Positions 28,824-39,400 of a stretch of 64,000 nt of DNA are shown one piece after another (positions within the stretch are counted from its first letter, which is position 1; every line of letters starts with the position of its first letter). Source of the DNA: a bacterium (GTDB taxonomy: Bacteria > UBA8248); contig OZ242260.1 in assembly GCA_965207065.1 (NCBI GenBank), positions 2,176,001 through 2,240,000 of the forward strand, read 5' to 3'. Position numbers and translations under genes: made by a program. Below the pieces are notes generated by a model. That model did no database searches, was not told the origin of the DNA, and was given only the letters and a program-made list of their open reading frames with translations.

Positions 28824-29477
28824 ATGCGGGGCCGTTTCATCACGTTCGAAGGTGTGGAGGGTTGCGGCAAGTCGACCCAGTTGGCGCATCTGCGGGATTG
28901 GATGGAAGAAGCGGGCCTCCCGGTTCTCGCCACGCGCGAGCCCGGGGGCACGAAGGTTGGGGAGGGAATTCGAAGAATGCTTCTCGCCCGGCGCGAGGAA
29001 GGGCTCGACGCCGCCACGGAACTCCTGCTCTACGAGGCGGACAGGGCGCAGCACGTGAGCGAGGTGATTCGTCCGGCCCTGGAGGCCGGCACGCACGTTC
29101 TTTGCGATCGGTTCTTCGACTCCACGACGGCGTACCAGGCATTCGGACGGGGGCTGGACGAGGAGACGGTGCTGGAGTTGAACCGTATGGCGAGCGGGGG
29201 ACTTGTTCCCGACTTGACGCTATTGTTCTCCGTAATGCTTGAAGAAGGCCTCAATCGCGCGCGCGGCGGGAGTAGTGGCGACCGGCTCGAAGGCGAGAGT
29301 CTGGCGTTTCACCGCCGGGTGCAGGCGGGCTTCATGGCGCTGGCGAAGCGCGAGCCTGATCGTTTTTGTGTGTTAGGCGAGGGCGCGATTGAGCAGGTGC
29401 ACGAAGAGGTGGTGGCTATCGTGAAGGAAAGGTTCGAATGGGCTGGGAATCCATCCGCGGCCAGGACGCGGCCCTAG
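28824..29477 (+). CDS. tmk: thymidylate kinase
   Basis: FITFEGVEGCGKST, REPGG and DRF..S..AYQ. Confidence 0.95.
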   Translation: MRGRFITFEGVEGCGKSTQLAHLRDWMEEAGLPVLATREPGGTKVGEGIRRMLLARREEGLDAATELLLYEADRAQHVSEVIRPALEAGTHVLCDRFFDSTTAYQAFGRGLDEETVLELNRMASGGLVPDLTLLFSVMLEEGLNRARGGSSGDRLEGESLAFHRRVQAGFMALAKREPDRFCVLGEGAIEQVHEEVVAIVKERFEWAGNPSAARTRP

Positions 29478-30463
29478 ACCTGCTGCGAAGGGATTTATCC
29501 TCCGGGCAACTAGCGGGCGCTTATCTGTTTTATGGCCCCGACGGGGTCGGCAAGGCGAGCGTTGCGCGCCTTTTCGCCCAGGCCCTGCAATGCACGGGCG
29601 ATGCGCCGCCGTGCGGGCGATGTGCAGCGTGCGAGAAAATGCTGGCGAACGCGCACCCCGACCTCGTCTTCATCGGCCCGCCCGCGGGGTCTCGTTCCAT
29701 CAAGGCGGAGGAAATCAGAGAGGAGGTCATCCGGCGCACCCATCAGCGTCCCAACGAGGGGATGCGGCAGGTTTTCATCATCGATGACGCCCATCTGCTC
29801 ACGCGTGTGAGCCAGAACGTCCTTCTCAAGACGCTGGAGGAGCCGAACGCAGCCACGATATTGATTCTGGTGACGCCGAATCTCCACACATTATTGCCGA
29901 CGATCATCTCGCGCTGCAGGAGGCTCAGGTTCCAGGCCCTGGCGCGCGCGGATATTGCCGCCATTCTCGATGAGCACATCGGGGAGGAGGGCGCGGACGT
30001 GGAAAAGCTCGTCTCCCTCAGCATGGGCAGGTTGGGCGTCGCCATGTCTTCCGACGTCGAGGCCCTCGCCGAGCGCCGGGACGAGGCGATGCGGTTCCTG
30101 GAGGAGTTGAGCGCGCCGGCGGGCCGGGCGGACGAGGTGGCCCTCATCACGCTCGCCTCGGAGCGGGCGGGGAGTGGGGCTGCGGGCAGAAACGAGACGA
30201 TTCTCTTTTTGGAAATGCTTCGCGGGCTGCTTCGCGATATACTCATCACCCAGGAAGCGCCCGAGGCGATTGAATTGTGGCACACGGACATTCGGGCGGC
30301 GTTGGCCGCCATGGGAGAGCGCTGGGGAAGCGCAGGTCTCACCAAGGCCCTCGAGAGGGTGGGAGAGGCCATGCGCGACGTGGGCGGCGGGAATACCAAC
30401 CCGTCCCTGACGCTCGAGACTCTGGTATATTCCCTGCGGGAGACGGTTCCCGCCGGGGTTTGA
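29438..30463 (+). CDS. holB: DNA polymerase III delta' subunit
   Basis: AYLF.GP.GVGK, zinc motif CGRCAAC, HPD, LLKTLEEP and TI.SRC. Confidence 0.92.
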   Translation: MGWESIRGQDAALDLLRRDLSSGQLAGAYLFYGPDGVGKASVARLFAQALQCTGDAPPCGRCAACEKMLANAHPDLVFIGPPAGSRSIKAEEIREEVIRRTHQRPNEGMRQVFIIDDAHLLTRVSQNVLLKTLEEPNAATILILVTPNLHTLLPTIISRCRRLRFQALARADIAAILDEHIGEEGADVEKLVSLSMGRLGVAMSSDVEALAERRDEAMRFLEELSAPAGRADEVALITLASERAGSGAAGRNETILFLEMLRGLLRDILITQEAPEAIELWHTDIRAALAAMGERWGSAGLTKALERVGEAMRDVGGGNTNPSLTLETLVYSLRETVPAGV

Positions 30464-30472
30464 GGTGATCGA

Positions 30473-31411
30473 ATGAGTGAAACAGGCAATGGCGGCGTCG
30501 CCGTCGAAGCGACGCCCGAAACGTGCAAGATCGGCGTGGTCGGGGTCAAGACGCGTTTCGGCGCGAAACCGGTACATCACACCTATGGGGATCTGCGCCT
30601 TCGTGTCGGCATGAAGGTCATGATCAAGAAAAAGGACGAGGATAAGGAGTTCGGCGAGATATCCGAAAACCCCCGGATCATGGATGCGCGCTATTATCCC
30701 GAGGACCTCCCCGAGGTGGTGCAGATAGCCACCGAGGATGACGAGAAAAAGGTGGCCCGCTCCGAGGCGAACGAGAAGAGCGCCTATGATTTTTGCCGGA
30801 TGAAGATATCCGAGCTCAAACTGCCCATGCGCCTCATCGAGGTTCGCTACATTCACTCGAACAAGAAGGCGACGTTTTATTTCTCCTCCGACGGACGCGT
30901 GGATTTCCGCAAGCTGGTGCGGATACTCGCCGAGCGCCTTTCGGTTCGCGTGGAGATGCGCCAGATCGGCGTGCGCGACGAGGCGGGCATGAAGGGCGGC
31001 TGCGGGGATTGCGGGCGCACCTATTGCTGCAGTTCCTTTCTCAAGTCGTTCGACCCCATTTCCGTCCGTATGGCGAAGGATCAGAATCTGAGCCTGAATC
31101 CCGTCAAGCTCTCCGGCGGCTGCGGCCGGCTCAAGTGCTGCCTCCGCTTCGAGCATTCCCACTACGTGTCGGTGAAGAAGAAGTTGCCCGCGTGCAAGAA
31201 GAAGGTGGGCGGCTGCGACTGCGGCGCGACCGTCGTGCGCCAGGACCTGCTCAAGGAAGAGGTGACCCTCGCTCTCGAAACCGGAGACTTCATGACGGTG
31301 GGCGCGGAGGACTTGATGCGCTTGCCCACGGGCCAGTTTTCTCTTAAAACCGGCGTCCAGAACGATACGCCCCTCAACGTCTTGCCAAAGGAAAACGGCC
31401 CCAAACGATGA
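30473..31411 (+). CDS. yaaT: PSP1-domain protein (YaaT/RicT family)
   Basis: RVDFRKLV, EMRQIGVRDE, CGR.YCC and SG.CGRLKCCL.FE; conserved tmk-holB-yaaT-metG-tatD synteny. Confidence 0.9.
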   Translation: MSETGNGGVAVEATPETCKIGVVGVKTRFGAKPVHHTYGDLRLRVGMKVMIKKKDEDKEFGEISENPRIMDARYYPEDLPEVVQIATEDDEKKVARSEANEKSAYDFCRMKISELKLPMRLIEVRYIHSNKKATFYFSSDGRVDFRKLVRILAERLSVRVEMRQIGVRDEAGMKGGCGDCGRTYCCSSFLKSFDPISVRMAKDQNLSLNPVKLSGGCGRLKCCLRFEHSHYVSVKKKLPACKKKVGGCDCGATVVRQDLLKEEVTLALETGDFMTVGAEDLMRLPTGQFSLKTGVQNDTPLNVLPKENGPKR

Positions 31412-33360
31412 GCCAAAAACCATTTTACGTCTCCACGCCGATTTACTACGTCAACGACAAGCCGCACCTCGGTCATGCCTACACGACGGTAGCGTGCGAC
31501 GCCAAGGCCCGCTTCCACAGACTGCGCGGCGAGCCGACGCAGTTTCTCACCGGAACCGACGAGCATGGCCAGAAGCTGGAGCGCGCGGCCCGAGAAGCCG
31601 GCATGGACCCCCTGGCGTTCTGCGACATGAACAGCGCGAAGTTCCGAGAACTCTGGGAGAAGCTCGACATCTCCTATGACGATTACATCCGCACGACCGA
31701 GGAGCGCCACATTCGCGGCGTGCAGGAACTCTGGCGGCGCGTGGAGGCGGCGGGCGACATCTACCTGGGCGCTTACGCCGGCTGGTACGCCGTCCGCGAC
31801 GAGGCGTTTTATACCGAGAGCGAACTTACCGATGGTCCGGACGGTAAAAAGATCGGGCCGACGGGCGCCGAGGTCGAATGGGTGGAGGAGCCGAGCTATT
31901 TCTTCCGCCTGAGCAAGTACGCCGAGCCGCTCCTCGAGCATTATGAGAAATACCCCCAGTTCGTTCAGCCCGAGAGCCGGAGGAACGAGGTGATGAGCTT
32001 CGTGCGCGGCGGCCTCAAGGATCTCTCCCTCTCGCGCACGAGCTTTCAGTGGGGAATCCCCGTGCCGGGGGATGAGAAGCACGTCATCTACGTGTGGTTC
32101 GACGCACTGAGCAACTACCTGACCGCGCCGGGCTTCGATGAGGACGGTGTCCGCGAGGGAAGCCCCTGGCCGACGGATCAGCACTTCATCGGCAAGGACA
32201 TCCTGCGGTTCCACGCGGTCTACTGGCCCGCCTTCCTGCTCTCCGCCGGGGTCCCCCTGCCGGGCCAGGTCTTCAGCCACGGGTGGTGGACGATCGAGGG
32301 CCAGAAGATGTCCAAGAGCCTGGGCAACGCCGTCGACCCGCACTGGCTGATCGAGGAATACGGCGTGGACGCCATCCGCTATTTCCTGCTCAAGGAGATC
32401 CCCTTCGGGCTGGACGGGGATTTCTCCCATGGCGCGCTGATCGACCGCATCAACAGCGATCTGGCGAACGATCTCGGCAACCTGCTCCACCGTACCCTGA
32501 ACATGGTGAAGCGCTACAGGGAGGGCCGTCTCGAACGCTCCGCAGCGGGCGATACCGAGGCGGAGGGCGCGTTTTGCGACTTCGTCGCCGAGGCGGCCGA
32601 GAAATACGAGCGCGGCATGTCGGCCACCCACTTCCAGCACGGCCTGAGGGCCGCCTGGGAGGTGATTTCCTGCGCGAACAAATATATCGACACGAACGCA
32701 CCCTGGACGCTCGCCAAAGAGGGCGACGAGGCCCGCCTTTGTTCGGTGCTCTGGCACGCCGTGGCGGCGATTCGCGTGGTCGCGGCCATGATTTCGCCCG
32801 TCATGCCCGCTTCCGCGCAGAAGATTGGAGCGCAGATCGGGCTGTCCGAGGACTGGACGAGCGCGCCCTACGCGGAATTGATGGACATGCGCGGGCTGCC
32901 GGAAGAGTTGCTCACCAATCTGGGCGACCCTCTTTTCCCGCGCATCGAGGATGAGGTGAAAGAGGCCATTCAGGAGAAGGTGGCCCGGCGCATCGCGGGC
33001 GGTGAAGAAGAGGCCGCGCCCGCAGAGGATGAGAAGGAACAGATATCCTTCGATGAATTCCAGAAAATGGATTTGCGCGCCGCTCAGGTAATAGAGGCCG
33101 AGCGCATACCGAAGTCGAAGAACCTGCTCAAGCTGACCGTTTCCTTAGGTGAGGAAACCCGAACCGTCGTGGCGGGCATCGCCAAGCACTATGCGCCAGA
33201 GGATTTGCCGGGCCGCAAGGTGATACTGGTGGCCAACCTCGCGCCCGCGAAGCTCATGGGCGTGGAATCCCAGGGCATGGTTCTCGCAGCCGAAGACGGC
33301 GAGAATCTCCTGCTCTTGGGTGTGGACGAGACGGTAACTCCGGGCGCGCCGATCCGGTAG
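31408..33360 (+). CDS. metG: methionine-tRNA ligase with C-terminal tRNA-binding domain
   Basis: HLGH, GTDEHG, YVWFDAL, KMSKS and a C-terminal Trbp-like domain. Confidence 0.97.
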   Translation: MSQKPFYVSTPIYYVNDKPHLGHAYTTVACDAKARFHRLRGEPTQFLTGTDEHGQKLERAAREAGMDPLAFCDMNSAKFRELWEKLDISYDDYIRTTEERHIRGVQELWRRVEAAGDIYLGAYAGWYAVRDEAFYTESELTDGPDGKKIGPTGAEVEWVEEPSYFFRLSKYAEPLLEHYEKYPQFVQPESRRNEVMSFVRGGLKDLSLSRTSFQWGIPVPGDEKHVIYVWFDALSNYLTAPGFDEDGVREGSPWPTDQHFIGKDILRFHAVYWPAFLLSAGVPLPGQVFSHGWWTIEGQKMSKSLGNAVDPHWLIEEYGVDAIRYFLLKEIPFGLDGDFSHGALIDRINSDLANDLGNLLHRTLNMVKRYREGRLERSAAGDTEAEGAFCDFVAEAAEKYERGMSATHFQHGLRAAWEVISCANKYIDTNAPWTLAKEGDEARLCSVLWHAVAAIRVVAAMISPVMPASAQKIGAQIGLSEDWTSAPYAELMDMRGLPEELLTNLGDPLFPRIEDEVKEAIQEKVARRIAGGEEEAAPAEDEKEQISFDEFQKMDLRAAQVIEAERIPKSKNLLKLTVSLGEETRTVVAGIAKHYAPEDLPGRKVILVANLAPAKLMGVESQGMVLAAEDGENLLLLGVDETVTPGAPIR

Positions 33361-33398
33361 AGACAAGACGCCCCGCCCGGGAGATTGGAGTTATTGGA

Positions 33399-35129
33399 GT
33401 GAACGAACCCATGGAATCCGGGCCGGATTCATCCGGCGATAAGGACTCATTCGCGGGTAAGGACAGAAGGGGACGCTCCCAGCGCCGCAGAAGAAGACGC
33501 GGTCGGAGGGGCGGAAAACGCCCGGAACACAAAGAAAGCCAGAATACATCCGGGAAAGCCGAGCCCGCCGCACACGCGCAAAACGGAGAGAAAGCCGCCC
33601 AGCGCCCTGAAAACGGAGGTGCGCGCGACCCCGATTCGAGGCGCAGGCGAGGCGGGCGCAGGGGCAAGAGCCGCCCGCGCGGTGAGCGGAGGCAGAGGCC
33701 CAAACCCCAGGTCATCATTGCCGAATTGCCCGGAACGAACGGCCTGCCCGTACTGGTGGACACCCACGTGCATCTCATCGACAAAGCGTTCGATCCGGAC
33801 CGCCAGGGGGCGGTGGAGCGCGCCATCGAGGAGAGGGTGCACTACATCATCTCGATGGGCACCTGTCTGGAGTCGAGCCGACAGACCCTCGACCTCGCGA
33901 TGTCCTACGCGGGCGTCTACGCGGCGGTCGGCGTGCATCCGAGCGACGTAAAGGACGTGAACGAGCGAACCATCAGGGATATCGCAAAACTCGCGGAAGA
34001 TCCCCAAGCGGTGGCCATCGGCGAGATCGGGCTGGACTACTACCGCGAGGGCGCCCCGCGCAAGACCCAGCGCAAGTGGTTCCGGGAGCAGATCCGGCTG
34101 GCCGTCGAGGTGAAAAAGCCCATCGTCGTCCACTGCAGGGACTCGGCGGATGACGTCTATGAGATATTGGAAAAAGAAAGGGCGTGGCGCGCGGGCGGCG
34201 TCATCCACTGTTTCACGGGCGATGACGAGCAGGCCCGGAAATTCCTGGACATCGATTTTCATCTGGGCGCGGGCGGGGCCATCACCTTTTCGCGCTCGGA
34301 AGAACTCCGCGAAGTCTTCGAGCGAATCCCCATCGAGCGCGTGCTACTCGAGACGGACAGCCCCTATCTCGCCCCCCCGCCGCACCGGGGCAAGCGAAAC
34401 GAGCCGGCCTACGTCGCGCGCGTGGCGGAGACTTTGGGTGAACTCCACGGGATGGCGACCGAAGATGTAACGCGTCTCACCACGGAGAACGTGCGCCGCC
34501 TGTTCGGGGTAGGGCCTGCGCGCGTGGAGGGCAGCGTCGCCTACCCGATCGGCGAGACGCTCTACCTCAACATTACGAACGATTGCCAGAATTCGTGTTT
34601 TTTCTGCGGCCTTCTGAGCGATTGCGTCTACAAGGGCCACAATCTGGCTCTCGAAAGTGACCCCGACGCGGCGGAGGTGCTCGCCGCCGCCGGCGACCCG
34701 ACCCGCTTCGAAGAAATCGTATTCAGCGGATTCGGCGAGCCGACGCTCAGGCTCGACGTGGTGAAGGAGGTGGCCGGCGAACTCAAGCGCCGAGGCGCCA
34801 AGCGGATCCGCCTCGTGACGAACGGGCTCGCGAACAAGACGCACGAGCGAAACATCCTCCCCGAGCTTGGCGGCCTCGTGGACGCGATATCCATCAGCAT
34901 GCAGGCGGAAAGCCCGGAAGCCTATGCGAAGGTCTGCAAGACCAAAGAAATCGAAGAACCCTACCCGCTGGTCAAGGAGTTCGTGAGGTGGTCTAAGAAC
35001 TACATCCCCGAGGTGGAGGTGACGGCGGTCAAGATGAACGGCCTCATTGACATCGAAGCGTGCGAGAAGGTGGCGACCGAGGAGCTGGGCGTGCCCTTCC
35101 GCGCGCATGAATACGTGCAGATGGATTAG
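33399..35129 (+). CDS. TatD-family hydrolase fused to a radical SAM domain, with an Arg-rich N-terminal extension
   Basis: DTHVH, GVHP, GEIGLDY, HCF and ETDSPY, then LYLNITN.CQNSCFFC and GFGEPT. Confidence 0.9.
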   Translation: MNEPMESGPDSSGDKDSFAGKDRRGRSQRRRRRRGRRGGKRPEHKESQNTSGKAEPAAHAQNGEKAAQRPENGGARDPDSRRRRGGRRGKSRPRGERRQRPKPQVIIAELPGTNGLPVLVDTHVHLIDKAFDPDRQGAVERAIEERVHYIISMGTCLESSRQTLDLAMSYAGVYAAVGVHPSDVKDVNERTIRDIAKLAEDPQAVAIGEIGLDYYREGAPRKTQRKWFREQIRLAVEVKKPIVVHCRDSADDVYEILEKERAWRAGGVIHCFTGDDEQARKFLDIDFHLGAGGAITFSRSEELREVFERIPIERVLLETDSPYLAPPPHRGKRNEPAYVARVAETLGELHGMATEDVTRLTTENVRRLFGVGPARVEGSVAYPIGETLYLNITNDCQNSCFFCGLLSDCVYKGHNLALESDPDAAEVLAAAGDPTRFEEIVFSGFGEPTLRLDVVKEVAGELKRRGAKRIRLVTNGLANKTHERNILPELGGLVDAISISMQAESPEAYAKVCKTKEIEEPYPLVKEFVRWSKNYIPEVEVTAVKMNGLIDIEACEKVATEELGVPFRAHEYVQMD

Positions 35130-35161
35130 GACAATCGTGACAGGTTGGTCGCCGCCGCAAA

Positions 35162-35193
35162 GGTAGGGACAGGTCGCGACCTTGTCCCTACGG
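35162..35193. repeat. GTAG-type REP palindrome
   Basis: GTAGGGACAGGTCGCGACCTTGTCCCTAC. Confidence 0.8.
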
Positions 35194-35339
35194 GGGCCTG
35201 CATGAATTGTCTATACGACCCACTGAACAATTCCACCCCATTTACGCTAGAATGACCCCATGAATAACCGATATCCCCCGGTAAGATTTACGAGGCCCTT
35301 TCAGCCGAAACCACTCATCACTCTCTGGAACAACTCCCT

Positions 35340-36269
35340 ATGAGCAGGCCCTTCTACATCCTCTCGCTGGACGGCGGGGGGTCGCTGGGGGTCTACACCC
35401 TGGGCGTGCTGGCGAAAATTGAGCGCACTTTGGAACGACCCCTGCACGAGGTATTCGACCTCGTCTACGGCGTCAGTACGGGCTCCATCATCGCCACAAT
35501 GGTGGCCCTAGGCGACCCGGTGGACCCGACGATTGCGGATCGCTATTTCGAGCTTGCGCCCGACGTGCTGGGGCCTCTGCTCGCACGCTCGAAGACAAAC
35601 GCGCTGGAGCGGCACTCCCAAAGAATTTATGGCGATAAGACGTTTGAGGATTTCAAGCTGGACGTGGGAATCCTCGTCACCCACGCGGAACATGACCGCC
35701 CCATGGTGTTCAAGAGGACGTTGAATCAACCGCATAATGGCCCTGAAAGTTTCCTGTCGGGCGAGGGCCTTAAAATTTCCGATGCGATCCTGGCCTCTTG
35801 CGCCGCGCATCCCTTCCTGAAGCAAAAGCGCATCGCCACCCCCCGACTCGAAGAGCGCACCGCGCTGGACGGCGGGTTTACGGCGAACAACCCCACCCTT
35901 TTCGCCATTGCCGACGCCACCGGGCCGCTCGGCGTCGCCCGGGAGGATATCCGCATATTGAGCGTCGGGACGGGGAGTTACCCCGATTCGCGAAAATGGA
36001 CGCGGCGGATCATCGCAGGCATCCGGCCCCTCAAGACCTACATGACGCTCTCGCGAACGAGTTCGAACACCGTCGATACGCTGCGCGAACTGTTCTTCCC
36101 CGACGTCCGGACTTTAAGGATCAACGATTCCTTCACCGACCGCGCCTATGAGACGGACTTTATGGAGCACGACCCGCGCAAGCTCAAGGCCATATTCGGG
36201 CTCGGGCGTAAATCCTTTGAAAGCGCCGAGGCCCGCGTGCGGGATTTTTTTGAGGATGTGCGTGGGTGA
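35340..36269 (+). CDS. patatin-like phospholipase
   Basis: LSLDGGG, GVSTG (catalytic Ser), DGG..ANNP and LSVGTG. Confidence 0.88.
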   Translation: MSRPFYILSLDGGGSLGVYTLGVLAKIERTLERPLHEVFDLVYGVSTGSIIATMVALGDPVDPTIADRYFELAPDVLGPLLARSKTNALERHSQRIYGDKTFEDFKLDVGILVTHAEHDRPMVFKRTLNQPHNGPESFLSGEGLKISDAILASCAAHPFLKQKRIATPRLEERTALDGGFTANNPTLFAIADATGPLGVAREDIRILSVGTGSYPDSRKWTRRIIAGIRPLKTYMTLSRTSSNTVDTLRELFFPDVRTLRINDSFTDRAYETDFMEHDPRKLKAIFGLGRKSFESAEARVRDFFEDVRG

Positions 36270-36272
36270 GTT

Positions 36273-36334
36273 TGTAGGGACAACCCCCCGTGGTTGTCCC
36301 TTCGCCAGGACAGGCACGGGGGCCTGTCCCTACG
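36273..36334. repeat. inverted GTAG-type REP doublet (REPIN-like)
   Basis: GTAGGGACAACCCCCCGTGGTTGTCCC ... GGACAGGCACGGGGGCCTGTCCCTAC. Confidence 0.8.
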
Positions 36335-36415
36335 AGAATCGTTCTTGGCTGATGGAAAACACGCCTTTCAAGCCACCCTTCCATCCCGGCCCGTTTGGGG
36401 TAGAATGTCCTTGCT

Positions 36416-39400
36416 ATGGAAAAACACTCCTTTCATCCGCTGATCGCGCGCTGGTTCCGTGAGAAATTCGCGGAGCCGAGCGCCCCGCAGGATGCCGGCT
36501 GGCCCGAGATCGCCACCGGGCGCGACACGCTCATCGCCGCGCCCACGGGAACGGGCAAGACGCTGGCCGCCTTTCTGTGGTCGCTCGACGGCCTGGTTCG
36601 GGACGCGCTCGCGGGCGAACTCGAAGACGCCTGCCGCGTCGTCTACATCTCTCCGCTCAAGGCGCTGGGCAACGACATCCAGAAGAACCTGCAGGAGCCA
36701 CTGAGCGAAATCCGCGCGCTCGCCAAAAAAGAGGGCGTGGAGCTACCCGAAATCCGCGTGGCGGTGCGCTCCGGCGATACGCCCGCGCGCGAGCGCAGGC
36801 TCATGCTCAAAAAACGCCCCCACATCCTCATCACCACGCCGGAGTCGCTCTACATTCTCCTGACGGCAGAGCGCAGCCGGAAAGTATTGGAGAGCGCCCG
36901 CGCCGTCATCGTGGACGAGATACACGCGGTCGCGGGCGATAAGCGCGGCGCGCACTTAGCACTTTCTCTTGAGCGGCTGGACGCGCTATGCGGTGAGCGG
37001 ATACAGCGCATCGGACTCAGCGCCACGCAAAAGCCGATAGACGAGATAGCGCGCCTGCTCGTGGGTGCAGAAAGGCGAGAGGAGGACGGCGCTCCCGATT
37101 GCGCTATCGTGGACGTGGGCCACAAGCGCGAGATGTCGCTCGCCGTCGAGGTGGCCGATCAGGATATCGGCCCCATCGCCTCGCACGAGTACTGGGCCGA
37201 GGTGTTCGACCGCATTGCCGCCCACATCGAGAGCCACCGCACGACCATCGTGTTCGTCCACACGCGGCGGCTGGCGGAGCGCGTCTCCCACCGGCTCACG
37301 GAGAGGCTCGGCGAGGGCCGCGTGGCCGCGCACCACGGCTCCCTGTCGCGCAAGATCAGGCTGGACGCCGAAGAGCGGCTGAAATCGGGCGCGCTGTCGG
37401 CCATCGTCGCCACGGCGTCCTTGGAACTCGGCATCGACATCGGCCACGTCGACCTCGTCTGCCACCTGGGCGCGCCGAGAACGCTCGCCTCCCTGCTGCA
37501 GCGCGTGGGGCGTTCGGGCCACTGGAAGGGCGCTATCCCCAAGGGAATCGTCTTTCCCATGACGCGGGACGAACTCCTGCAGAGCGCCGCCGCCATCCGC
37601 TCGGTGAGAGGAGGCGCGCTCGATAGGGTCATCTTCCCGGAAGCGCCGCTCGACATCCTCGCCCAGCAGATGGTGGCCGAGGCCGCCGCGCAGGAAGAGG
37701 TGGAGGAAGAGGCGCTCTGGTCGCTCATCAGGCGCGCGCAGCCTTACGGGGCGCTTACGCGAGACGTATTCGAAGACGTGCTCGAGATGCTCACCGAGGG
37801 CATTTCGACCAGCCGGGGGAGGCGCACCGCCTATCTCCACAGGGACCGCGTGAACGCGCTCCTTAAGCCGAGGCGCGGGGCGCGTCTATGCGCCATCACC
37901 TCGGGCGGCGCGATTCCCGACACGGCGGATTACGACGTTATCGAGGGAGCGGCGGAGACCTTCGTGGGCAAGGTGAACGAGGATTTCGCCATCGAGTCGA
38001 ACGCGGGCGACATCTTCCTGCTCGGCAACCACTCCTGGCGCGTGAAGCGCGTGGAGCGCGGCAAGGTGCGCGTGGAAGACGCCGAGGGCCTTCCGCCGAA
38101 CATCCCCTTCTGGCTGGGCGAGGCGCCCTCGCGCACGGCGGAACTCTCGGAATCCGTCTCCTCGCTCAGGAGTGAGCTGGCGGAGCGTCTCACCGAGCCT
38201 GCCGAGGCGATGCGCTGGATGCGCGAAGAGTGCGGGCTATGCGCACAGGGCGCGTCGCAGATTCTCGATTACGTGCGCGAGACCGTGCGGGTGCTGGGGC
38301 GCGTACCTACGCAGGGTGAAATAATAGCCGAGCGGTTTTTCGACGAGGCGGGCGGGATGCAGCTCGTCATCCACTCGCCCTTCGGGGGCCGCATCAACCG
38401 CGCGTGGGGCCACACGCTCAGGAAGCGCTTTTGCCTCACCTTCGATTTCGAACTCCAGGCCGCCGCGACGGACGACGGCATCGTGTTATCGCTCTCATCG
38501 CAGCACAGCTTTCCGCTGGAATCGATCTTCGGCTACGCGCGCCTGGCTTCCCTCAAAAAGGACATGCTCCAGTCCGCCCTGCAATCGCCCATGTTCGCCA
38601 ACCGCTGGCGCTGGAACGCCACGCGCGCCCTGGCGCTGCCCCGGCACAGCGGGGGCAAGAAGGTGCCCGTCGCGATCCAGCGCATGCGAGCCGAGGACTT
38701 GCTCGCCGCCGTCTTCCCGGCCCAGCTCGCGTGTCAGGACAACCACCACGGCCCCATCGAGCCGCCCGACCATCCCCTCGTGAACGAGACGGTGGATAAC
38801 TGCCTGACCGAGGCGATGGACATCGAGAGCTTAAGGAACCTTATTCGTGATGTAGAAAACGGGAGGATTAAAACTTATGGCGTGGAGACGCCCGCGCCCT
38901 CGCCCATGTCGCACGAGATACTGAACGCGAACCCCTACGCCTTCATCGACGACGCGCCGCTGGAGGAGCGTCGCTCGCGTGCGGTACCGCTGAGGCGCGC
39001 CCTGCCGGATGACGCGGAGAGCGCCCGGCTGGATCCTGCCGTCATCGAGGAGGTGTGCGAGCAGGCACGGCCGGCCCCGCGCGACGCGGACGAGCTGCAC
39101 GACGCGCTGCTCTCCCTGTGCGCCCTGCCGGTGGAGGAAGCCGGTGAATGGTCCGCCTGGATGGATGAACTCGTGGCTTGCAACCGCGTGGCTAAGGCGG
39201 TATGGGCGGCGGATGGCGCCCAACGCGAAGGCTGGGTTCCTGCGGAGAGAATGGCGCTGATGCGTGCGGCGATTCCGGGGGTCAGGCTCACGCCGGATAA
39301 AATTCCCTTCCAGGGGGATGACGGACAACCGCCCGCGCAGGATGAGGCGGTGCTCGCCATCGTCAGAGGCTGGACCGAGGCGTCGGGCCCCGTGACGGCG

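Noticed and set aside
29743-32757. Long antisense ORFs (268, 510 and 531 aa)
   Set aside because: Shadow frames of holB, yaaT and metG in GC-rich DNA with no recognisable motifs.
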